Assembly (NCBI GenBank): GCA_041562555.1
Contig: JBFEXS010000030.1
Span: 1-20,124 of the forward strand
Length of the DNA stretch: 20,124 nucleotides
Source of the DNA: Sulfurimonadaceae bacterium
Lineage (GTDB): Bacteria; Campylobacterota; Campylobacteria; Campylobacterales; Sulfurimonadaceae
Direction of reading: 5' to 3'
Of the stretch, positions 8,377 to 18,373 are shown piece after piece. The position numbers and the translations under genes were made by a program. The first letter of the stretch is position 1, and each line of letters opens with the position of its first letter. The notes under the pieces are model-generated. The model was not told where the DNA came from and ran no database searches. It saw only the letters and a list, made by a program, of their open reading frames with translations.

Positions 8377-9340
8377 TTGTTGTCCAATCCAAGTGTTTTG
8401 TCTGTGAAAGCTGCTGCTTTATGTCCAGAAGCTTTTGACTTAATGAGAGATGCTGTGCAAAGGTATTGACCCTCTCTTTGAGGGCGAAGTTTACACTGTT
8501 ATACAGGTTTTTACGCATCGTATCTTCAAAACTGCGTGTCTGTTTGAGATTGAAGTAGTTTGCATAATGTTCGGAAGGCTCTATGGTCTCAATGTGGATA
8601 GTGTGGCCGGAGTCCTTGATAAGAACACGTCCTTTGGATAAGACAAGCTCAAGTTCAAAAAGAGCGTAATTGTCCCCGGAAACGTTTTGAATGACACCTT
8701 GTGTCTGGTCACAGTTGATGAGAAAGTTCCCATAGAAGTCATCTTCGGCTTCGGTGAGTGAGTGGGCGGAAAGGGAGGTGACCTCACCGCACAGATGTTC
8801 GATCAGTTCAAGCATATGCGAGCCGTTATGGTAAAGCCCTTTGGTGAACTTTCCGTTAAAGGTCATGAGCTTTCCCAATGATTTTGATTCGATCAGCAGG
8901 CGTACTCTTTGCATGCTCGGATCAAAACGCCGCATAAAGTTCAGCAGGATTTTCTTGGGATGGATATGCATCAAGATCTTGAGTTCATCCAGTTCCTCCT
9001 GAGTCTGGACAAAAGGCTTCTCGCAGATGATGGTCTGAATGTTCTTGTCTTTGAGGGCCAGCACCATGGCATCATAATGATAGGGTGTAGGAGAACAGAT
9101 GGAGATAATATCGATCTTTTCGTTTTCAAGCAGGGTTTTACAGCTCTCATAGTGGTGTATGTCCTGTCCCCATCTCTGTATAAATGAGCGCCTTTGTTCC
9201 AGGTCTGGATCACAGACTGCGACCAATTGGGTCTGGATATGTTCGGTATAGGCATGGGCATGGGTAAGAATATCGGGTTGTTTAGGTTTGTCCAGAAAAC
9301 CTGCGATATTACCGCATCCGATGATGGCCGCTTTTAGCAC
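8369..9340 (-). CDS. Gfo/Idh/MocA family NAD(P)-dependent oxidoreductase, 323 aa
   Basis: AAIIGCGNIA Rossmann motif, ICSPTPYH, ICEKP, NFMRRFDP, HNGSH. GTG start. Confidence 0.9.
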   Translation of the reverse strand: MLKAAIIGCGNIAGFLDKPKQPDILTHAHAYTEHIQTQLVAVCDPDLEQRRSFIQRWGQDIHHYESCKTLLENEKIDIISICSPTPYHYDAMVLALKDKNIQTIICEKPFVQTQEELDELKILMHIHPKKILLNFMRRFDPSMQRVRLLIESKSLGKLMTFNGKFTKGLYHNGSHMLELIEHLCGEVTSLSAHSLTEAEDDFYGNFLINCDQTQGVIQNVSGDNYALFELELVLSKGRVLIKDSGHTIHIETIEPSEHYANYFNLKQTRSFEDTMRKNLYNSVNFALKERVNTFAQHLSLSQKLLDIKQQLSQTKHLDWTTNE

Positions 9341-10332
9341 GAAGCAAACTCCTTTATCTTTTGTCTGATTACAGCAAAATGTATACCATCGTCAGGCAAA
9401 TCCAGTGTAATGGCCTGTAAATGTTTCGGAGTGATGTTTTTCAGACTTCGCAATTGATGTGAAGGGGGCAGGGGAAGCAAAAAATCCCGTGTGTCCGAAG
9501 GTAAAAAAGAGAGTACCGGTTTGTGTGAAAGTGCTGCCGTATAGAGAGCCATCGTGTCAAATCCGATGATCATCTTTGAGCGCAAAAGGTCTTTTTCAAG
9601 TGGATAAAGAGCTGCCGGATATATCTGTGATTTGATATGGGGAAATTTCTTTAACAGTGTGTTGTAATTATGATTCTTCTCAGAGGGGTGCAGGCGGATA
9701 CTCAGGCCCTTACATTGAAACTTATCGAAGTTTCGCAGAATCTCTTCCAAGGCAGAATATTGATCAAACCCCCAGTGCATAGGATCTCCATAGGTACTGA
9801 GTGCCACTTCTCGTGTGGGTTCACTCAGAAAGAGGAGACTCTCGTTTACGGTGCTCTCTTCTGTCTGCAGATGGGAGAGTTGCTTCTGAAGATAATGATT
9901 GTTTACGCGTAATACGGTTGAGAGTGCATACCTCTTGGCGATCTCTTCCGCCTTTGTATCACTGACCACGACAAAATCCGGAAGATTGTCACGCCAATGT
10001 GCATCGGGGTAATCAAAACGTTCCCTGTAGGAACTCCAGTGATCCAAAAAAGCGAAGCTGGGGATACCAAGACGTTTAGCCTTTTGGACAAATGTCCTTT
10101 CGATCTTGTTTTGCCATCCCGTTCCAAAGAAGAGTGCATCGTATGTATCCAGATCCAGATTTTCCTGAGTTGCCAAACCCTCCCGTTTGGCTATTCTTTC
10201 ACAGGGGGAGTCCTTTGGGGTATAAAGTGTCCATTGTGCTTCATCCACATGGGCATGGATGTAAGCGACCAGTATCTCAGCGGCACCGGCATCATGGCAG
10301 ATAACAGCTATTTTCAGTTTATCTGATCCCAT
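9334..10332 (-). CDS. Uncharacterised GT-B-fold-like protein (possible CMP-sugar-utilising transferase or hydrolase), 332 aa
   Basis: Long ORF overlapping both neighbours. Two Rossmann-like halves (IAVICHDAG...; LLFLSEP...SIRLHPSE...IIGFDTMALYTAA..KPVLSF). The HP motif recalls GT-B sialyltransferases and glycerophosphotransferases. The CDS is solid; the function is inference. Confidence 0.6.
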   Translation of the reverse strand: MGSDKLKIAVICHDAGAAEILVAYIHAHVDEAQWTLYTPKDSPCERIAKREGLATQENLDLDTYDALFFGTGWQNKIERTFVQKAKRLGIPSFAFLDHWSSYRERFDYPDAHWRDNLPDFVVVSDTKAEEIAKRYALSTVLRVNNHYLQKQLSHLQTEESTVNESLLFLSEPTREVALSTYGDPMHWGFDQYSALEEILRNFDKFQCKGLSIRLHPSEKNHNYNTLLKKFPHIKSQIYPAALYPLEKDLLRSKMIIGFDTMALYTAALSHKPVLSFLPSDTRDFLLPLPPSHQLRSLKNITPKHLQAITLDLPDDGIHFAVIRQKIKEFASC

Positions 10333-11363
10333 GAGAGTGGGGTTCCTTTTGTATAATCGGCATTGAATCGTTTCCCCAAGACCTTGTGAAACTCTTTGGG
10401 ATGAAGCCCAAAGGCCGGTCGTACGGAACGCACGTTCTTTTCACTCAGGATGTCTCCTGATTTGACATCTTCAGATATGAATAAGGATCTGGAGAACTCC
10501 CTGGACTTTTGACTCTTATCCGTCAGGGTATAGGAGACCTCACCCATAAGTTTTTCCGTTTCTCTTACAGCCTGTACCATCTGAGTGAACTGTTCCGTGT
10601 CCAGAGAAAAAGAGGCGTCCGGTCCGCCGATGGAACGGTCCAGAATAAAGTGTTTTTCGATCACTTTTGCTCCGAGAGCAACAGCGGTTATCGGTGCAGT
10701 GAGTCCCAAGGTATGGTCAGAAAAGCCTGCGATGACATCAAAATGTTCAGCAAGGTCTTCGATGGTCAGCAGGTTTGCCTCCTCTAAGGGAGCGGGATAG
10801 GCGGAGGTGCATTTAAGGAGAATGATGTCCTTGTTGTTCATCCTATGGCATGCGTCAAGGGCTTCTTGAATATCCTTCTTTTCGGCGATTCCTGTGGAAA
10901 TAATGACAGGCTTTCCCTTGCACGCGACATATTCGATCAGAGGTATGTCCGTGATCTCGAAAGAGGCGATCTTATAGGCGGGGACATCGATACTTTCTAA
11001 AAAGTCTACAGCACTTTTATCAAAGGGTGAAGAGAAGCAGACCAGACCCAAGGATTCGGCATACTCTTTTAATTCACCTTGCCATTCCCAGGGCATGTAG
11101 GCTTCTTGATAAAGGGAGTAGAGACTCTGTCCGTCCCAAAGGGTGTCTTGTTTGATCTGGAAGTATTCATTATCACAATCCAGGGTGATGGTATCTGCCG
11201 TGTAGGTTTGAAGCTTGACGGCATCCGCACCTGCTTTGGCGGCTGCAGCAATACTTTTCTTGGCAATATCGATCTTGCCGCCATGATTTGCAGAGAGTTC
11301 AGCGATGATGAAACAAGGGGCATTGTTACCGATCTCTTTGTCTGCTATGTGAAGTGTGCTCAT
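10314..11363 (-). CDS. pseI: Pseudaminic acid synthase (NeuB family, C-terminal SAF domain), 349 aa
   Basis: FIIAELSANHGG, AVKLQTYTADTIT, YKIASFE, LKCTSAYP, GFSDHTLG, IEKHF, SVRPAFGLHP. Confidence 0.93.
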   Translation of the reverse strand: MSTLHIADKEIGNNAPCFIIAELSANHGGKIDIAKKSIAAAAKAGADAVKLQTYTADTITLDCDNEYFQIKQDTLWDGQSLYSLYQEAYMPWEWQGELKEYAESLGLVCFSSPFDKSAVDFLESIDVPAYKIASFEITDIPLIEYVACKGKPVIISTGIAEKKDIQEALDACHRMNNKDIILLKCTSAYPAPLEEANLLTIEDLAEHFDVIAGFSDHTLGLTAPITAVALGAKVIEKHFILDRSIGGPDASFSLDTEQFTQMVQAVRETEKLMGEVSYTLTDKSQKSREFSRSLFISEDVKSGDILSEKNVRSVRPAFGLHPKEFHKVLGKRFNADYTKGTPLSWDQIN

Positions 11364-12673
11364 GACTGCTCCTTATAGTTGTAGGTTAGAACATCATCTT
11401 TTTGCGAATATCGGACAAAACCCGCTTTTTCAAAACTTTTTATCGACGCTATGTTCTCACTTTTTATCTGGGCGATAATGGTACGCTCGGGATGGAGCCT
11501 TTGCATGATCCCAATACCCTTGGAAATGATTTTGTGTGCCAAAGAGAAGCCCCTTGAAGCGGAGACCAGACTTATACTTATGAGTGCTTCGCCTGCTTTT
11601 CTTAGATCAAAGCGCAGTTGTCCCAAGAAGTTCCCGCGTCCGTCCAGTAGGGTAAAAAGGAGCTGCTCGGGGTCATGCATAGCCTGTGAAAACCATGCTT
11701 CGTGGGTCGGTAGATCAATGGCAGAAGTGTTCAATGAAGCCGCACGCACTTTAGGGTCATTGGCCAAGTCAAACAGGGCCATCATATCCTGATCTTGTGT
11801 CTTTCGGATAGCAAAGTGCAAGAAGGGGTGAGACATCCTTTCTCGTTCGATAAGTTCTGACAGGGCTTCTTCATCAAAGTTCTCTTGAACGGTGTAGCCT
11901 TTGGAGCTGAGATAATGGAAGAGGTCTTCTTGATTGTCGGCGGTCTTCACGGCGATGAAGGGAAGGTGCATATACAGGGCTTCATGTACGATGACACTCG
12001 GTGTGAGGATCGCCAGGTCACAGCGATCCATGATCTCGGCCATCCTGTTTGTATCGATATGGAGTTGAATACCCTGTATCGATTTCAATGTATCCAAATG
12101 GGCATTGATGTGACTGGTGACGACATGCACCTTTTGAAAGTTGTGACACAGAGGAATGATTCTGGGTGTGAGGTTGAGTGTATCTACACCTCCCATAGAG
12201 ATCAGCACTTCACCGGTTTTCTCTTCCCTGTTGCGTTGGGGAAGACGTTTAAACTCGTCTCGAATAAGCGGTTCGATGATACTGAGCCTGCAAAAGGGCT
12301 CCAGGGTGTATTTTGAAGGTTCGGCACTGATGTTGTGATTGATGATCTCATCACAATAGTGCCGTTGATAGCTATCGTCAAAGACAGACAAGACGATGTC
12401 AAGTTCCTCTTTTATCTTTTTTTCATCCTCATAGCTTATACCGTAATGATCGATGATCAGGTGTTCAATATGCTCTTGTTTACACAGGGATATGAGTTCT
12501 TCAATAGTGTTGGATGAGAGTATATGAAGAGGATAGGAAAGATCCAGTGTGTTCTCAAAACAGGCAAAGGAAATCTGGGCATTTTGAAGCCGTTTGGCAT
12601 AGACAAGATCCCGTTTGATATGGCCCAGACCGATCGTTGCCGAACTGTCCGCTCTAAAGAGTGTTTTTGTCAT
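11360..12673 (-). CDS. pseG: PseG (UDP-2,4-diacetamido-2,4,6-trideoxy-altrose hydrolase) fused to a C-terminal GNAT (PseH-like), 437 aa
   Basis: FRADSSATIGLGHIKRDL (PseG His motif), LIIDHY, ISMGGVD, TADNQ in residues 1 to about 279. GNAT motifs ANDPKVR...HEAWF...GQLRFD...ENIASIKSFEKAGF follow from residue 280. Confidence 0.88.
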   Translation of the reverse strand: MTKTLFRADSSATIGLGHIKRDLVYAKRLQNAQISFACFENTLDLSYPLHILSSNTIEELISLCKQEHIEHLIIDHYGISYEDEKKIKEELDIVLSVFDDSYQRHYCDEIINHNISAEPSKYTLEPFCRLSIIEPLIRDEFKRLPQRNREEKTGEVLISMGGVDTLNLTPRIIPLCHNFQKVHVVTSHINAHLDTLKSIQGIQLHIDTNRMAEIMDRCDLAILTPSVIVHEALYMHLPFIAVKTADNQEDLFHYLSSKGYTVQENFDEEALSELIERERMSHPFLHFAIRKTQDQDMMALFDLANDPKVRAASLNTSAIDLPTHEAWFSQAMHDPEQLLFTLLDGRGNFLGQLRFDLRKAGEALISISLVSASRGFSLAHKIISKGIGIMQRLHPERTIIAQIKSENIASIKSFEKAGFVRYSQKDDVLTYNYKEQS

Positions 12674-13351
12674 CTTGAAGTGCTTTGTACATCAGTTCGG
12701 CCCGGTGAAAGTCCTCCATCGTGTCGATGTCCTGCACAAGATGGCGAGGCAGGATCACTGCGGTGGAGTTTTTGGTGAAGATCGCTTCATTGCTCAGCCA
12801 TGCGTGACTCGTGCCAAAATAGAATTGTCCTGCATCATGATAGGCCTCTTCAAGGTCCTGACTTCGGGTATTGAAGTGTTCAGGCTGAAACATCTCGACT
12901 TCGTGCTTCTCATTAAGCTTTATCGCGCGTTGGATCGGGAAAGGAAAAGAGGTCGCCGAAAAAGCGTAAGACCCTTTACTTTTAAGAAGACGCGTATAGG
13001 CTTCTTGTAAAAAAGAGACGTGAATAAAAGGTGCAGTCGCATAGATACAGCAGGCGATATCGACGGGTCCCTCTTTTTGCAGTTCCTGTATGGCATGGGC
13101 TATAACGGGAATGGTCGGTGTATGATCATCACTGAGTTCTTTAGGGCGCATAAACGGGATTTCTGCTCCATATTCCTTTGCGACGTGTGCTATTTCCTGA
13201 TCATCGGTTGAGACGATGACACGATCAAAGAGCTTGCTGTTGATTGCGGCTTCTATGGAATACGCGATCATCGGCTTTCCACAAAAAGACTTGATGTTTT
13301 TTCGGGGGATACGTTTACTCCCGCCCCGTGCAGGGATAATGGCGACATTCA

Positions 13352-13352
<1 letters not shown>
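12654..13352 (-). CDS. pseF: Pseudaminic acid cytidylyltransferase (CMP-Pse synthetase), 232 aa
   Basis: AIIPARGGSKRIPRKN, VSTDD, CCIYATAPF, RSQDLEEAYHDAGQFY, QDIDT. Start set at ATG 13352 (TAATG overlap with the pseC stop). Confidence 0.93.
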
Positions 13353-15498
<2,146 letters not shown>

Positions 15499-15516
15499 TC
15501 ATAAGTGTGCAATACA

Positions 15517-15532
15517 AGCAAAAAATATACCA
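15517..15532 (-). promoter_or_regulatory. sigma54 -24/-12 promoter of the pse-maf operon
   Basis: Minus strand TGGTATATTTTTTGCT: GG (15531-15530), 10 nt, then GC (15519-15518). It sits in the 59-nt gap upstream of pseB. Confidence 0.75.
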
Positions 15533-15542
15533 TGATTAAGGT

Positions 15543-16232
15543 TTATTTTTTACGTATGCCGAAGTATCGGGGACGAATAGTGAGTTCGGTGATATTGACA
15601 CCTTCGCGCATGTTGAGTATGTCTTCAACGGCTTCGGCAATGTCTTCAGGTTTAAGATGCATCTGATCATCCTCGTTAGGTTCGAAATGAAGGGTATCAA
15701 AAAAAGGTGTCTGTGTGAGGTCCGGATGGATAGAGACAACGTTTACACCGGATTTTCGTACCTCTTCAAAGAGGGAGGAACCAAAATGATGCAATCCTGC
15801 TTTTGATGCAGAATAGGCTGCGGAGAACTTAGACGCTTTGAGAGCTTCAATGGAGGTGATATTGATAATAGTCCCTTTGCTTTTTTTCAGTGACCGTAAC
15901 AGCAGGGATGTGATAATGACGGGTGCGGTCAGGTTTGTATCGATGATTTGCTTCAGCATAGCGACACTCAGCTCTTCATGGGGTTCAAATTTTCCTATGC
16001 CTGCGCTATGGATATAGAGATCAATCCCTTGCGACTTACTCAGGGATGTAAGGTTCTTTTCCAGTGAAGGGGTGTCGGTGATGTCGCATCGAATGGGATG
16101 AAAGTTTTTTAGCGGTTCTTGTTCCCGCCGGGAAATCCCATAGACGTGATAGCCTAATTGCAGCAGTTTTTCGGTGATCGCTTTTCCGATGCCCGAACTG
16201 CTTCCTGTTACCAGAGCTGTTTTAATTGGCAT
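15543..16232 (-). CDS. Classical short-chain dehydrogenase/reductase (SDR), 229 aa
   Basis: ALVTGSSSGIG, HSAG, INITS, catalytic YSASK. Confidence 0.92.
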   Translation of the reverse strand: MPIKTALVTGSSSGIGKAITEKLLQLGYHVYGISRREQEPLKNFHPIRCDITDTPSLEKNLTSLSKSQGIDLYIHSAGIGKFEPHEELSVAMLKQIIDTNLTAPVIITSLLLRSLKKSKGTIINITSIEALKASKFSAAYSASKAGLHHFGSSLFEEVRKSGVNVVSIHPDLTQTPFFDTLHFEPNEDDQMHLKPEDIAEAVEDILNMREGVNITELTIRPRYFGIRKK

Positions 16233-16803
16233 GACTGTCTCCTTGAAGTAATTCGATCTCTGATTTTAAGGTCTTGATATGGGCTTGAATCAGTGAAATC
16301 ACAAGCTGTTTTTTTGGGATAAAGGGTTTGAAATGATCAGATACCACTTTAAAAAACCGTATGTTCTCCGGGGCAAAGTGCTCTTGGAGAGATTCAAAGA
16401 TACTAAAGGCTTCCATCTCCGCAATATCCTCCTGAATACTTTTTTCCTGTACCGTAGAGGTGCTAAGGCAGGAGACACAAGGGATATGGGAGGCGCCGCA
16501 GGACAGAGAGTAGTCTGCCTGCGCATTTCTGAGGGTCTTGATCTGTAATAATGTGCCTATCTCAAACTGCTCTTGGGCAGCACAGATCCCGAGGTTGATC
16601 AGACTGTCTTGATAGGAAGGGGCAAATTGTTCAAGAAGATATCGGCTCGCCCCTTTAGCATTCTCCTGACCAAGACCGGAAATGATCAGGCAGATCTTGC
16701 TGTTAGCAAATACGGCAAAGGGTTCGGACTGTTCCTTATGAAGTCTGTAGGTATCGATGAGTGCTCTCGCCTCACTTTCAAAGGCACATAGAATATAGGT
16801 CAT
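16222..16803 (-). CDS. Short nucleoside phosphorylase / MTA-SAH nucleosidase-like protein, 193 aa
   Basis: ILCAFESEA, IISGLGQENA, INLGICAA, AEMEAFS and KVVSDH follow the PNP/MTAN motif order. Confidence 0.7.
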   Translation of the reverse strand: MTYILCAFESEARALIDTYRLHKEQSEPFAVFANSKICLIISGLGQENAKGASRYLLEQFAPSYQDSLINLGICAAQEQFEIGTLLQIKTLRNAQADYSLSCGASHIPCVSCLSTSTVQEKSIQEDIAEMEAFSIFESLQEHFAPENIRFFKVVSDHFKPFIPKKQLVISLIQAHIKTLKSEIELLQGDSHAN

Positions 16804-18245
16804 TGCAGGTAGGCACTCTCTTTGATCCCGTAGCGTTGAAGCAGGCGCATGTTGGCATCTTGGGCCTTTTCCTTATCCAGGATTATATGGCTTCCGCCTT
16901 GAAGGGTGATCTTGATCTCTTTTGCAGGGGTGTTTTGTATAAGGTCAACGAAATGACCGAAGGAGCGTATGGTGATGCCGTTGACTTCAGTGACAATGAT
17001 ATGGGCCAGCTCATATCCGGCATTTTCCCTGTCGGCCAAGATTGAGTGTAAAAAGACGACCTCTTTGTATTCGGGAGTGGGAAAGTTTCCATTTTTTACA
17101 AGATCGACAAAACGGATAGGTGCCTTTTGCACCCAATTTCTTCCCCATTCAAAAAGATAGTTTTTTGTCAAAGGCATAAAGACGATACCGCCAAAGATGT
17201 AATACTGGGGCCGTTTGTCATGTTCGAACCCGATAAGGGAGACAGGGGGTTTGGACGGAATCTTGAGTTTCATCTCTTCTCCCCCGCGCAAGATGGTGAC
17301 CTCAAAGTCTTCATTGATATGATGGGACCGGATAAGGTAATTGGCGGCAACCCGGCCGTTTTCCTTCAGAAGTATGGTCGCATCGTCAGAGACATTCACC
17401 CCGTCAATCTGCAAGAGGACATCATTTTTTTTCAGATGGCCGTCCGAAGAGCTTCCGGGAATGATGTTCGTGATAAGTACCCCCGTACGCTCACCCATCT
17501 TGTAATGGGCTTTGAGGGTCTTGTTCTCCATGGTCTGTATATAGAGTCCGTCATCGGCAAATCCATCATACTGTCCATCTTTGATGTCATCCAAGAAATG
17601 TTTGATGACGGGGGTGGGCACAAGGTATCCGATGTTATCTGCGGATGAGAGTGATTGCATCGCGATACCAATGATTTTCCCTTCCTGATCAAAAACAGGT
17701 CCCCCGCTGTTTCCGGGATTGATAGCGGCATCGATTTGCAGTGCTAAAAGATCAAAATCACTATGGACATAGACGGTCTGTTCGATGCGGGAGATGATCC
17801 CCTGGGTGATAGAAATCTCATTCCCGCCCTGGGGGTAGCCATATACAGCGACCCCGTCTTGACGATGGGGCATGCCTCCTATTTTCAAAGCCTTCGTATC
17901 CTTAAAGAAACTCTCATCCTCGACCTCCAAGAGTGCGAGATCCGCTTCATGGGAGATCCATTGTACATGGGCAATGAACTTTTTTGGATTAGCTGTTTTT
18001 TTGACTTCAAGATAAACACCGTTCGCAACGACATGGGCCGCGGTAAGAATACGTTTCTTGTCGATGATAACGCCTGAGCCGGTAGAAAACTTTTGTGTGC
18101 GCATCTGCCAGGGTTGGTAATAGTTCGGTTTGACAGATACAGTAAAGATCTTGACGACGGAGGAGCTGATCTCTTGGATCTTTTGTTCATCATGAAAGGC
18201 GGAAGCAAATAAAAATACAGGTATCAAAAGGGCAAAAAATCGCAT
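16800..18245 (-). CDS. Secreted HtrA/Deg-family trypsin-like serine protease with PDZ-like domains (Deg2/Deg9-like), 481 aa
   Basis: Catalytic triad motifs TAAHVV, ADLALL, AAINPGNSGGP, plus YYIFGGIVFMPLTKNYL of the Deg2-type second PDZ domain. Start set at ATG 18245, with AAGGAG upstream and signal peptide MRFFALLIPVFLFASA. Confidence 0.9.
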   Translation of the reverse strand: MRFFALLIPVFLFASAFHDEQKIQEISSSVVKIFTVSVKPNYYQPWQMRTQKFSTGSGVIIDKKRILTAAHVVANGVYLEVKKTANPKKFIAHVQWISHEADLALLEVEDESFFKDTKALKIGGMPHRQDGVAVYGYPQGGNEISITQGIISRIEQTVYVHSDFDLLALQIDAAINPGNSGGPVFDQEGKIIGIAMQSLSSADNIGYLVPTPVIKHFLDDIKDGQYDGFADDGLYIQTMENKTLKAHYKMGERTGVLITNIIPGSSSDGHLKKNDVLLQIDGVNVSDDATILLKENGRVAANYLIRSHHINEDFEVTILRGGEEMKLKIPSKPPVSLIGFEHDKRPQYYIFGGIVFMPLTKNYLFEWGRNWVQKAPIRFVDLVKNGNFPTPEYKEVVFLHSILADRENAGYELAHIIVTEVNGITIRSFGHFVDLIQNTPAKEIKITLQGGSHIILDKEKAQDANMRLLQRYGIKESAYLQ

Positions 18246-18373
18246 AAATCTCCTTGGGCAATACAGGAGGCTATTGTAACGCATCTGTTTAAATATTTTT
18301 TTTAAGTTCTGATTTTCTGACTTTGGTTAATATTGATAGTAGAATTTTATATAAATTAATCAGAAGACACGTT

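Noticed and set aside
7078..9340. A complete second (legionaminic acid, ptm/leg) pathway
   Set aside because: The dehydrogenase is reminiscent of PtmF, but the window has no LegB dehydratase, NeuC/LegG hydrolysing epimerase, second synthase, nucleotidyltransferase or second CMP synthetase.
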